Shown here: in pieces, positions 9,285 through 20,711 of the stretch
Layout: the number at the start of each line of letters is the position of its first letter
Numbering within the stretch: position 1 is the stretch's first letter
Assembly (NCBI RefSeq): GCF_964188315.1
Contig: NC_135671.1
Location: 4,154,001 to 4,218,000 of the forward strand
Direction of reading: 5' to 3'
From: Podarcis muralis
Taxonomy: Eukaryota
Length of the DNA: 64,000 nucleotides
Position numbers and translations under genes: made by a program
The notes under the pieces: generated by a model
Seen by the model: only the letters and a program-made list of their open reading frames with translations
Database searches by the model: none
What the model was told of the DNA's origin: nothing

Positions 9285-10205
9285 TCAGCATTTTAGTTGA
9301 TGTAGCATCTTGATTAATTCCTGTTTCAGTTTGGGATTCATGAAGATCAGGATAATGGCATGACCAGAGGAATATGCAGCAATCACATTAAAAAGAATTA
9401 AATGCACCCCATGATCGTTAATGCCCATCCAAGACAAAACTATTGACAAGACTTCCACAAAAACGTTAGTTACGTAGAGAAGGAAGAAAGAAGCCAGGGC
9501 TTTGATGGCATTCAGGTGAACTTCTGTGCTAACATCCCTTGCACTGTTTCGTAGAAGATTTTTGTGCCTCCAAAGAGACGTTAGTAATAAAATGGATGAG
9601 ATCAAAAATATCATTAAAGGAGGGAGATTTGGAAAAACATCTAGTAGGATAAGAAACTCACAGGAATTGGTAGTGTCAATTGTTGAGTCATTGTTATTGT
9701 TTAGATGTGATTCATATGTATTACATTTAGTCATAATAATGCCTGTTATTGTCACAGTGGTGGTGATTGCAGAGAAGACCACTGTCCCCAGAAGCAGCCA
9801 AGGCACCAGTCCAGGGAATCTCCACTTCATTTGCAGGAAGAGAGGGTGGGAGAAGTTGGCAATCTTTACACAGTACAAAACACTGAGCAAAGCGGCAAAC
9901 CAAAGGCTAGCTGTATTTAGAAACACCCATGAGGAATCAGATGAAATTTTTAGGTTCAGTATCTGGAAAGCGTCCACGAAAAAGAGGTTGGATATTTCAG
10001 CCTGTATCAAAACGACATGAAATGAAAATCTGAACAAGCTAAGACAACTCAGGATCATGTCAGCCGGGGATAGTTTTCGGCTTCTAAACCAGTCAATGCA
10101 GTTCACGATAGCAATGAATCCATTTCCCACCATTCCTGTGAGGGTTTCAATCACCAGAAGAATGAATCCAAATAATTCGAACAAGGTAGGCATCTTTCTG
10201 AGCAT
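9285..10205 (-). CDS. TAS2R: Bitter taste receptor, copy 2 (306 aa)
   Basis: Intact 7TM ORF with the same TAS2R motifs. Confidence 0.95.
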   Translation of the reverse strand: MLRKMPTLFELFGFILLVIETLTGMVGNGFIAIVNCIDWFRSRKLSPADMILSCLSLFRFSFHVVLIQAEISNLFFVDAFQILNLKISSDSSWVFLNTASLWFAALLSVLYCVKIANFSHPLFLQMKWRFPGLVPWLLLGTVVFSAITTTVTITGIIMTKCNTYESHLNNNNDSTIDTTNSCEFLILLDVFPNLPPLMIFLISSILLLTSLWRHKNLLRNSARDVSTEVHLNAIKALASFFLLYVTNVFVEVLSIVLSWMGINDHGVHLILFNVIAAYSSGHAIILIFMNPKLKQELIKMLHQLKC

Positions 10206-11167
10206 GAAACAGAAGCGTTTCTTCCAGTGTAATGTGTAATATTAGCACAGTCTGATCCTGATGCTGCCCTTTATATGACCAGTGGAGAACAGAATACTTC
10301 TGCCTACTTTCAAGAACAGAGAAACTTGCAGGGAGGGGAGCCAGCTATTGATTCTGTTCAGATGCAAATCACATCTGGAAAGATTCCATTACTAAATCTA
10401 TATCATATATTCTGCTGTCATTTTTGCAAATTCAACAGTGGTGCTAGATATCATCTTTGCATCTGGCTTGACAAACAGTGATACCTGATTCTTTTAGGAT
10501 TTGTTTATCTTGATTAATGTTTGTTCACCACTATTATTATTTTTCATCCATCTGAAAACAGAGATGTCTATCAAATGATTTCATAAATTTATTCTGTTTG
10601 TGAGGGATGTGGTTCTAATTGCTCAAAGAAATAAAGCAAGGTGTTTAATTGTGCAGGCCAATAGAAGAATTTTTTTTTAGAATTGATTCATTGTTTTCTA
10701 TGTTCTTGCCCCTTTTTACGCAATCAATGGATTTCATACTCAGGTTATCAACCTCTTGAGGGACACCCAGGAGGGCTGCCCTCTTTCGCCATTGCTGTTT
10801 GCATTGTTCATGTGGGTACTAGGCATCCAACTATACAAAGACGCCTTCTAGAGAGGGTGTCATTGTGCAGGATGAGGTACACAAAGTGAGTATGTTGGCA
10901 GATGACACCCTTTCATCTTTGCAAAATCCAATAACAGCCTTTAGCCACCTAAGCGGCAATTAGAAATGTATCACAGGGTAGCAGGATTGCAAATCAGCTA
11001 CTCTAAATCTGAGCCCCTTCTATCAATTTAGAAGCACTACAAGAGGCTGGTTACTAGCTAACTCTCCATTTGCCATAACTCACAGAGAATTTAAGTACCG
11101 TATTTTTTAAGTACCCTCCTCCGTCACCATTAAGAAGCAGAGGTTCTTCTGCTCATTAATAGTTTAA

Positions 11168-12694
11168 TTATTCGAATCTCAGCTGTCTTTGGCACAGAGA
11201 ATCAATAATAGCCAGAGACAGAGGAGATCCAACAAATACTCGTTTATTCAGCTGAGCAAAAGAGAGGGCAGAACACGTCCAAAACAAAGGAATGGAAGTC
11301 CCGCGCCAAGGAGATGATTCTTATTTCTTTATAAGCTCTTTCTTTTCCCCCTTCCCTCTTTCCCCTTCCCTTTCGGGGCCTCCTGGCTGTAATCAGACCA
11401 GCCTAACTTTTTTAAAAAATAATTTTTTATTAAGTTTTCCATTCAACAATCCAATCCTATCACATTAGTTATTCCAAATTGTACCAATACATATCATGAA
11501 GTCCAAATATTTTGCCAAATTTTAAATTTTTGTTGGGGGTTTCCATGCTTCAAGTTCAGTAAGGGTCCAATCCTCTCATATATCTGCTGCTTTTGGTGTT
11601 TACAAGTACCATCTTCCGATCTTCTTGTTATCGTTTTTCTTCTTAATAACCTCTGAGTTGTTTCCACAGGCGAGTTAAAGCAAGCATTATTATGTTTCTG
11701 TGTGAACTCTGTAAGGCTCTCCAGTCTTTTGTTTGCAGTAAATCATCACATGCTGATCCAAAAGTCCTGTTCGGGCGGCAGGTGCCATTTTTGTCAGTTC
11801 CGATGAAATAAAATCTAAGCGTCTGCTCACTAATTTTCCCAGACCAGTTGCACCATGAACCAGCCTTTCCAGGGGAGATTTTGCCAAATCAAACATACAA
11901 TCCAAGCATGATAACAGAGCATGGCTCACCTCCCCCTCTGACTGTTAATCTCGCAACATAGTCTGTCTCCTAATGGTGGATCCCGATTAATGGCTGCGTC
12001 ACAAGAGAGCCTTTATTTTCTTTCTAAATCTTCCAAAAAACAGAGCCTTTAGTTAATATTTTTATTTCCACACAGTTTGTTTTCCAATCTCACTTGCTAT
12101 CAGTCGTGTGACGGTTCTTCTAGGAGAGGGGTTGTTAGGTAATATCGTAATAAAAAGAAGAAGAAGCTCCCCCTACTTTCCGTTCCGTTTCAACATACCA
12201 ACATAGCTGTTATTCTTTGATGTTATCTCTGGTCCATTCCATCACTCTTAACTTCTCAGTGGCAGGTTTAATTAGCAGCCGATATACCCTTTTCTTCGCT
12301 TGAAGCATGTGCAATTACTTTTATATCCAATGTTTTTTCTTAAGTAATGCAACTAGCGTCGCTCTCAGAAGCAGTGTCTGGGAGATCCAAAGCTCACTCA
12401 AGGGCTTTCCATCCAGTGCCCTCACCCCCTCATTCTTTCGAACCCGGGGGCGATTTATGGGCAACCGTGAACGAGGCTGCATCTTCCCTTCCCTGGGAAG
12501 AATTTTGGGAGGCTGGTTTACTCCCATATCAGCCTCTTAATTACCTCATGTGAGCTGGTATTGTCGGCCATCTTCCAAGGCGCCCCTAGCGGCCCCCCAT
12601 CAGACCAGCCTAACTAGAGACCTTGAGCAAGCTGACAAGACACAGGAAGGAAACTCCTCAATGCCTGTTTCAATACTATTATTCTATCCTAACG
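11168..12694 (-). mobile_element. Solo LTR-like element (paralog of 8133-8465) split by a 1.19-kb retroinsertion
   Basis: 11168-11408 and 12599-12694 together reproduce the 8133-8465 sequence. Confidence 0.6.
11409..12598 (-). mobile_element. Non-autonomous L1-like retroposed element (1.19 kb)
   Basis: 17-bp TSD ATCAGACCAGCCTAACT (11392-11408, 12599-12615); GC-rich 5' end with AAGATGGC; AATAAA about 12 nt before a short A tail. Confidence 0.75.
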
Positions 12695-12740
12695 TAGGTA
12701 CCTTCTCTGTTCCATTCTTCGGCAAGTACGAAAGCTGATA

Positions 12741-13013
12741 CAGTGGTACCTCTAGTTATGAACTTAATTTGTTCCGGAGGTCCATTCTTAACCTGAAACT
12801 GTTCTTAACTAGAGGCGTGCTTTCACTAATGGGGCCTCTTGCTAAGCCAGAAATAGTACCTCGGGTTAAGAACTTTGCTTTAGGATGAGAACAGAAATTG
12901 TGCGGCGGCAGTGGGAGGCCCCATTAGCTAAAGTGGTACCTCCGGTTAAGAACAGTTTCAGGTTAAGAACGGACCTCCGGAACGAATTAAGTTCTTAACC
13001 CGAGGTACCATTG
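12741..13013. mobile_element. Tigger-like hybrid MITE (paralog of 8512-8784)
   Basis: Same structure and flanks as 8512-8784. Confidence 0.8.
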
Positions 13014-13493
13014 TATATTCCTTAGCCATTCTCTGTTATCTACCTGCAAACATTGTAACAAACGATACATCTACGAAAGTAAACTTCAACATTCCACCTA
13101 GTTAGACTGGTTTAGCAGATCCCACATTTAAAATTATAGGATTGGAAAGTGTCCCAGAAGATTCTCTCCTATTTCAGGCAGAAGATTCTCCCCACAAAGG
13201 CTGGATCCTCTACTTTCAGCTGATTTTGTCTCTGTTCATTCCCATTTCAATGCTGCTTGATCTTTCTGAGGCACATAACATACAGGTGAATTGCGCATTC
13301 AAGGAAAGAGCTACAGCCATTAAGAAAAAATCAGCATCTTCAGAGCTCTGATTAACCATATACCAGCCACCTCACAATGCGGTGTAAATAATGGGGAGGA
13401 AGTTAATATGTATATATGAAAGTAAAGCACAGAACTAAGAAGGAACCTATATTGGTAGAACACTTCATTCTATTCATTCATAGAATACTTCAT

Positions 13494-14420
13494 TCAGCAT
13501 TTTAGTTGATGTAGCATCTTGATTGATTCCTGTTTCAGTTTGGGATTCATGAAGATCATGATAATGGCATGCCCAGAGGAATATGCAGCAATCACATTAA
13601 GAAGAATTAAATGCACCCCATTGTAGTTAAGGCCCTTCCAAATCAAAACTATTGACAAGATTTCCACAAAAACGTTAGTTATGTAGAGAATGGAGAAGGA
13701 AGCCAGAGCTTTGATGGCATTCAGGTGAACTTCTGTGCTGACATCCCTTGCGCTGTTTTGTAACAGATTTTTGTGCCTCCACAGAGAAGTTAGTAATAAA
13801 ATGGATGAGATCAAAAATATCATGAAAGGAAAGAAATTTGATAAAATATCTAGTAGGATAAGAAACTCACAGGAATTCGTCATGCTAATTGCTGAGACGT
13901 TATTGTTTAGATGTGATTCAAATAGATTATGATTACATTTAGACACAATGATATTGCCTGTTATTGTCATAGTGGTGGTGATTGCAGAGAAGACCACTGT
14001 CCCCAGAAGCAGCCAAGGCACCAGCCCAGGGAATCTCCGCTTCATTTGCAGAAAGAGAGGGTGGGAGAAGTTAGCAATTTTTACACAGTACAAAACACTG
14101 AGCCAAGAGGCGAACCAAAGGCTAGGCTTATTAAGATATAGCCACAAGGCATTGTATGCAATATATACGTTCCTTATCTGAAAGGTGTCAACAAAAAAGA
14201 CCTTTATTATTGCAACCTGTATCAAAACGGCATGAAATGCAAATCTGAACAAGCTAAGACAACTCAGTATCATGTCAGCCGGGGATAGTTTTCGGCTTCT
14301 AAACCAGTCAATGCAGTTCACGATAGCAATGAATCCATTTCCCACCATTCCTATGAGGGTTTCAATCACCAGAAGAACAAAGCCAAACAATTCAAATAAG
14401 GTAGGCATCTTTCTGAGCAT
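13494..14420 (-). CDS. TAS2R: Bitter taste receptor, copy 3 (308 aa)
   Basis: Intact 7TM ORF with TAS2R motifs. Confidence 0.95.
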   Translation of the reverse strand: MLRKMPTLFELFGFVLLVIETLIGMVGNGFIAIVNCIDWFRSRKLSPADMILSCLSLFRFAFHAVLIQVAIIKVFFVDTFQIRNVYIAYNALWLYLNKPSLWFASWLSVLYCVKIANFSHPLFLQMKRRFPGLVPWLLLGTVVFSAITTTMTITGNIIVSKCNHNLFESHLNNNVSAISMTNSCEFLILLDILSNFFPFMIFLISSILLLTSLWRHKNLLQNSARDVSTEVHLNAIKALASFSILYITNVFVEILSIVLIWKGLNYNGVHLILLNVIAAYSSGHAIIMIFMNPKLKQESIKMLHQLKC

Positions 14421-15115
14421 GAAATAGAAGCGTTTCTTCCAGTGTAATGTGTAATATTAGCACAGGCTGATGCTGATGCTGCTCTTTATATGACCAGTGG
14501 AGAACAGAATACTTCTGCCTTCTTTCTGGAATAGAGAATCTTGCAGGGAGGGGAGCGAGCTATTTTCATTTGTTGATTCTGTTGAGATGCAAATCACATC
14601 TGGAAAGATTCCATTACTAAATCTAGATCATATATTCTGCAGTCATTTTTGCAAATTCTACAGTGGTGCTAAATATCATCTTTGCATCTGGCTTGACAAA
14701 CAGTGATACATGATTCTTTTAGGATTTGTTTATCTTGATTAATGTTTGTTCACCAGTATGATTATTTTTAATCCATCTGAAAACAGAGATGTGTATCAAA
14801 TGATTTCATAGATTTATCGTGTTTGTGAGGGACGTGGTTCTAATTGGTCAGAGAAATAAAACAGGGTGTTCAATTGTGCATGCCAACACAAGATTTTTTA
14901 AAGAATTGATTCATTGTTTTTGTAGTACTCGCATCTCTTTAAGCAATCAATAGATTTGACGCTCAGGTTTTGACCTCTTAAGGGGCACCCAGCAGGGCTG
15001 CCCTCTGTCACCATTGCTGTTGCGTTGGATGGAAATAATAATAATAAAACAACAACAACCCTCACCCCCCAAAAAACAACCACCACTAGGAACTTAGTGA
15101 TTTTGCAATAGCTAG

Positions 15116-15458
15116 TTAAACCACAGAGCCTAGGACTTGCTGATCAGGACGTTGTGGTTTGAATCCCTGCGACGGGGTGAGCTCCTGTTGCTCAGTCCCT
15201 GCTCCTGCCAACCTAGCAGTTCGAAAGCACGTCAAAGTGCAAGTAGATAAATAGGTACCGCTCTGGTGGGAAGGTAAACGGCGTTTCTGTGCGCTGCTCT
15301 GGTTCACCATGAGCAGCTTAGTTATGTTGGCCACATAACCCGGAAGCTGTCTGCAGACAAACGCCTGTTCCCTCGGCCTATAGAACGAGATGAGTGCCGC
15401 AACCCCAAAGTCGGTCATGACTGGACCTAATGGTCAGGGGTCCCTTTGCCTTTACCTT
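15116..15458 (+). mobile_element. Sauria SINE (Squam1), 5'-truncated
   Basis: cctgccaacctagcagttcgaaagcac..gcaagtagataaatagg body and ACCTTT-type tail; similar to 25213-25572. Confidence 0.85.
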
Positions 15459-16095
15459 ATACTGTTAAGAACACATAAAGTCTCTAAGCAGTGAGAAGTT
15501 TCAGACATTTGGTTTCCTTTGGAATAGGCTTAGAGGGATGCTTGATGGCATTTTGAAATAGTTGTGCTTACTTAGAAATATACAAGTAGAAGACAGGTGA
15601 AAATTTAGCATTAAGCACTCCAACAGATGTCTAATAGCTCTCGGCTCCCCCGTCAGATTTTCAGAGAGACAGCCAGCACCATCTGATCCTTTTAGAAATC
15701 AATTCAGCACTCTCTCGCTCTCATTTCCTAGACTTGAGCTAGGTACAAATTAGTGGTTTGTCCCTCACTCGCACTGCTACATCTCAAATCAAAAGCGGGT
15801 GGGGATGTCTTTCAACCATTTTGCATTACCTGATTTGTTTTCCTGCACCTGCGTCACCCCCAACTCAAATTCAGTGGGGTGTCGTGTGCATGCTGAAGAG
15901 CTGTTCGAAAAATATACATCTCAGCTTAGCTGCCTCTTCCCAGGGGAACCAAAGTGGATCATGATGTCATCATCTGAGGCCTTTATTTGTGTTTTTCCTC
16001 CATAGAAACTTTGGAGGGTGGTGACATGAGAACAGGCCTTCTCAGTGGTGGCCCCTCACTTGTGGAATGCTCTCCCCAGTTTTAGCCCCCAAGTA

Positions 16096-16313
16096 CAGTG
16101 GTACCTCGGGTTACATATGCTTCAGGTTACAGACCCCGCTAACCCAGAAATATTACCTCGGGTTAAGAACTTTGCTTCAGGATGAGAACAGAAATCATGC
16201 CGCAGCGGCTGCAGGAGGCCCCATTATCTAAAGTGGTGCTTCAGGTTAAGAACCATTTCAGGTTAAGAACAGACCTCCACAACGAATTAAGTTCTTAACC
16301 TGAGGTACCCCTG
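16096..16313. mobile_element. Tigger-like MITE
   Basis: CAGTGGTACCTC..GAGGTACCCCTG with TA flanks. Confidence 0.85.
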
Positions 16314-17205
16314 TAAAGTCTTTTCTTTACGCCTGGGCTTTAGTTTGAAGGTTTTTTTAGTGTAAGTCTCTCTGAATTACTTGGTAAGTAAACGGACTAG
16401 CAAATATAATAACTGAATAAAATTAAAAAAGATACCGCAACTTACAGCTTTCTATCAGATGGAAGCTGGTTTGAGGGGAAAGATATTGAACACCAGCACT
16501 TCTCAAGAAGCTGCAGGACACATACGGATTGTGGCTTAAGTCACGTGTGCTTGGATTCAAACACCAGTGGTGGGAGTGTGGTAGAATTAGAGCTGGGGGA
16601 AAATGGTTATGCGTACACAGCCTGAGTCAAAACTGTCAGACTTTTGTTATTTATACAGATCCCTTGCTTGCAGCACTTGCTGTTCAGGAACAATATCTGT
16701 ATATTCCTTAGTCACTCTCTACTATCTACCTGGAAACATTTGAATAAGTGATACGTCTATGAAAGTAATCTTCAGCATTCCTCCTAGTTAAAGCGGTTTA
16801 GCGGATCCCAGACTTAAAACCACAGAATTGGAAAGTGCCGCAGGAGATTATCTCCTACGTCAGGCAGAAGATTCCCCCCACAAAAGCTGGATCCTCTACT
16901 TTCGGCTTACTTTTGTTCATTCTCAAGTCTCTGTTCATTCCCATTGCAATGCTGCCTGCTCTTTCTGAGGGACATAACATACAGGAGAATCGACCATTCA
17001 AGGAAAGAGCTGCAGCCATTAAGGAAAAAAACAGCATCTTCAGAGCTCTGATTAACCATATAACAGCCATCTCACAATGCTGTGTAAATAATTTGGAGGA
17101 AGTTAATATGGATATATGAAAGTAAAGCACAGAACTAAGAAGGAACCCATATTGGTACAAAACTTGCTTTTCAGTTTTGACACGAAAGTGCACTCATTCA
17201 TTCAT

Positions 17206-18141
17206 TCAATGCTTCATACAGCATTTTAGCTGATATAGCATCTTGATTGATTCCTGTTTTAGTTTGGGACTCATGAAGATCAGGATAATGGCATGACCAG
17301 TGGAATAAGCAGCAATCACATTATAAACAATTAAATGCACCCCATTGTCGTTAATGCCCTTCCAAAACAAAACTATTGACAAGATTTCCACAAAAGCGTT
17401 AGTTACGTAGAGAATGGAGAAAGAAGCCAGGGCTTTGATGGCATTCAGGTGAACTTGTGTGCTGACATCCCTTGCGCTGTTTTGTAACAGATTTTTGTGC
17501 CTCCACAGAGAAGTTTGTAATAAAATGGATGAGAACAAAAACATCGTGAAGGGAAAGAGATACGGAAAAATATATATTGGGATAAGAAACTCACAGGAAT
17601 TGGATGTGTTAATTGCTGAGTCGTTGTTATTGTTTAGATGTGATTCAAATAGATTACATTTAGAAAAAATGTTATTGCCTGTTAATGCCACAGTGGTGGT
17701 GATTGCAGAGAAGCCCACAGTCCCCAGAAGCAGCCAAGGCACCAGCCCAGGGAATCTCCGCTTCATTTGCAGGAAGAGAGGGTGGGAGAAGTTAGCGATT
17801 TTTACACAGTACAGGACACTGAGCCAAGTGGCAAACCAAAGGCTAGCCGTATTAAGAAATAGCCATGAGGAATCATATGCAATGTTTATCTTCAGCATCA
17901 GAACAGGGTCCACGAAAACGAGGTTGAATATTGCAACCTGGACCGTAACGGCATGAAATGCAAATCTGAACAAGCCAAGCAAACTCAGGATCATGTCAAC
18001 CGGGGATAGTTTTCGGCTTCTATGCCAGTCAAGGAAGTTCACGATAGCAATGAATCCATTTCCCACCATTCCTGTGAGGGTTTCAATCACCAGAAGAACG
18101 AAGCCAAACAATTCAAATAAGGTAGGCATCTTTCTGAGCAT
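17206..18141 (-). CDS. TAS2R: Bitter taste receptor, copy 4 (311 aa from first ATG; 4-aa C-terminal extension)
   Basis: Intact 7TM ORF. The ORF-track start at 18168 is TTG; the first ATG is at 18141. Confidence 0.95.
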   Translation of the reverse strand: MLRKMPTLFELFGFVLLVIETLTGMVGNGFIAIVNFLDWHRSRKLSPVDMILSLLGLFRFAFHAVTVQVAIFNLVFVDPVLMLKINIAYDSSWLFLNTASLWFATWLSVLYCVKIANFSHPLFLQMKRRFPGLVPWLLLGTVGFSAITTTVALTGNNIFSKCNLFESHLNNNNDSAINTSNSCEFLIPIYIFPYLFPFTMFLFSSILLQTSLWRHKNLLQNSARDVSTQVHLNAIKALASFSILYVTNAFVEILSIVLFWKGINDNGVHLIVYNVIAAYSTGHAIILIFMSPKLKQESIKMLYQLKCCMKH

Positions 18142-18936
18142 GAAATAGAAGCGTTTCTTCCAGAGCAATGTGTAATATTAGCACAGGCTGATGCTGATGC
18201 TGCTCTTTATATGACCAGTGGAGAACAGAATACTTCTGCCTTCTTTCCAGAATTGAGGAACTTGCAGGGAGAGGAGCGAGCTATTTTCATTTGTTGATTC
18301 TGTTTGGATGCAAATCACATCTGGAAAGATTCCATTACTAAATCTATATCATATATTCTGCTGTCATATTTGCAAATTTGACAGTGGTGCTAAATATCAT
18401 CTTTGCATCTGGCTTAACAAACAGTGATACATGATTCTTTTAGGATTTGTTTATTTTGATTAATGTTTGTTCACTAGTATGATTATTTTTAATCCATCTG
18501 AAAACAGAGATGTCTATCAAATGATTTCATAAATTTATTTTGTTTGTGAGGAATGTTGTTCTAATTGGTCAGAGAAATAAAACAGGGTGTTCAATTGTGC
18601 AGACCAATAGAATTTTTTTTAAAAGAATTCATTTATTGTTTATGTAGTACTTGAACCTCTTTAAGCAGTCAATGGATTTGACGCTCAGGTTTTGACCTCT
18701 TAAGGGACACCCAGCAGGGCTGCCCTCTGTGGCCATTGCTGTTTGCATTGTTCATGGAGGTACTAGGCATCCAACTATGCAAAGACGCATCTACAGACGG
18801 TGTTATTGTGCAGAATGAGGTACACAAAGTATGTTTGCAGATGACACCCTTTTATCTTTGCAAAATCCATTTACAGCCCTTCAACCACTTAAGTGGAAAC
18901 GATAAATGTATCATAGGGTAGCAGGATTTCAAATCA

Positions 18937-19464
18937 ACTACTCTAAATCTGTGCTCCTTCCTATCAATTTAGAAGCACTACAAGAGGCTGGTTACTAGCT
19001 AACTCTCCATTTTCCATAGCACATGGAGAATTTAAGTAGTTAGGTATTAACTTCACTGCAGACACGGCTTCCAGTTCTGGCTGCCTTAATGGAGACAGCT
19101 CCCATGACAATGGGAGATCGTTGGCGAAGGAGAAAGCAAGGATGATTGAGCGTAATTATCCTTGCAAGGTCCCCCCAGTGCCAGGGGGAAACAGACTTCA
19201 ACTACTCTAAATCTGTGCTCCTTCCTATCAATTTAGAAGCACTACAAGAGGCTGGTTACTAGCTAGCTCTCCATTTGCCACAGCGCATGGAGAATTTAAG
19301 TAGTTAGGTATTAACTTCACTGCAGACACGGCTTCCAGTTCTGGCTGCCTTAATGGAGACAGCTCCCATGACAATGGGAGATCGTTGGCGAAGGAAAAAA
19401 TAAGGCTGATTGAGGGTAATTATCCTTGCAAGGTCCCCCCAGCGCCAGGGGGGAACAGACTTCA
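18937..19464. repeat. Tandem duplication of a ~264-bp unit
   Basis: 18937-19200 and 19201-19464 are near-identical direct repeats with TCA microhomology at the join. Confidence 0.9.
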
Positions 19465-19930
19465 CTTGCAGATCATCTTGGTACCTGGCTTTTGCTCCAA
19501 TATGGAATGCGGGAGGCATGGAGGCGCTGAGTGCAAAGCCACTTTGCCTGTTGGTAACCCTCCTACACCATCATTAAGAAGCAGGGATTCTTCCGCTCAT
19601 TAAAAGTTTAATTAGCAGTAATGTATAGACGCATGCTAGAAAAGTCAGTATGTGGAGGGGGGGGCATGCTAAAAATGGATTCTTCATATTTTTTTAAATT
19701 TTCATAGCTGACTCAGCAAACCCCCTAGAAGCCAAATTAATATTTTAAAGCAACAAGCAGAGTGGGAGCAAACTAGATTATAGATATGGTTTACAAATAA
19801 AAAAAAGAAACGGTTGTTGGCTCCGCTTTTCGAATCTCAGCCGTCTTTGGCACAGAGAATCAATAATAGCCAGAGACATAGGAGATCCAACAAACACTCG
19901 TTTATTCAACTAAGCAAAAGAGAGGACAGA

Positions 19931-20099
19931 AACTGTTCTTAAATAGAGGCGTGCTTTCGCTAATGGGGCCTCTTCCTGCCGCTGCGCCGCCAGCACACGA
20001 TTTCCGTTCTCATCCTGGGGCAAAGTTCTCAACTCAAGGTAACTCTTCCAGGTTAGTGGAGTTTGTAACCTGAGGCATTTGTAACTTGAGATACCACTG
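19931..20099. mobile_element. Tigger-like MITE, one end missing
   Basis: Ends in GAGATACCACTG-TA; body matches the reversed MITE consensus. Confidence 0.7.
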
Positions 20100-20482
20100 T
20101 AATGGCAATTAAGACTATCCACCACTAGCAGGCTTTCACAGGAAACAGACAAGAGACCAGACTTTTCTTTCTTTCTTTTTGATAATAATTTTAATTAGTT
20201 TTCAATTATAGTCCATTATAACAATGCCAACTTATAATACTATTACTAGTACCAATCATTCAAATACCAAATTATACAATTTAGGTGCCCCCCCGCATGC
20301 TAGAATTGATGGTATGATGATTTTATTTATTTCTGCCTTCCAAAATGTTATTAATTTCAATTGCATTCCACTCAAAATAATAATGCAACAGCTGCAGTAT
20401 TAATTATTTCTATTCATGTTGATACATTAAAAGATTTATGAATCTACAAGTGAGGCACTCAAACTATATCCTTGTTCTTCCT

Positions 20483-20711
20483 CAAAACAAAAAAAATTCC
20501 TTCCAGTAGCACCTTAAAGACCAACTAAGTTAGTTCTTGGTATGAGCTTTCGTGTGCATGCACGCTTCTTCAGATCTGAAGTGTATCTGAAGAAGTGTGC
20601 ATGCACATGAAAGCTCATACCAAGAACTAACTTAGTTGGTCTTTAAGGTGCTACTGGAAGGAATTTTTTTTGTTTTGACTATGGCAGACCAACACGGCTA
20701 CCCATCTGTAA
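20483..20711. mobile_element. Penelope-like insertion with inverted termini
   Basis: Inverted arms of ~92 bp (20483-20574 vs ~20586-20677); 12-bp TSD CTTGTTCTTCCT (20471-20482, 20712-20723). Confidence 0.8.
20583..20620 (+). ncRNA. Minimal hammerhead ribozyme motif (second copy)
   Basis: GTAT-CTGAAGA-A-GTGTGCATGCACAT-GAAAGCTC-ATAC; stem II closes with a G-U pair instead of G-C. Confidence 0.65.

Noticed and set aside
18142-18168. N-terminally extended receptor ORFs in the track (18168, 25248, 38760, 41498, 50382)
   Set aside because: They start at TTG or GTG, which the ORF caller allows; the aligned ATG shared by all paralogs lies downstream.
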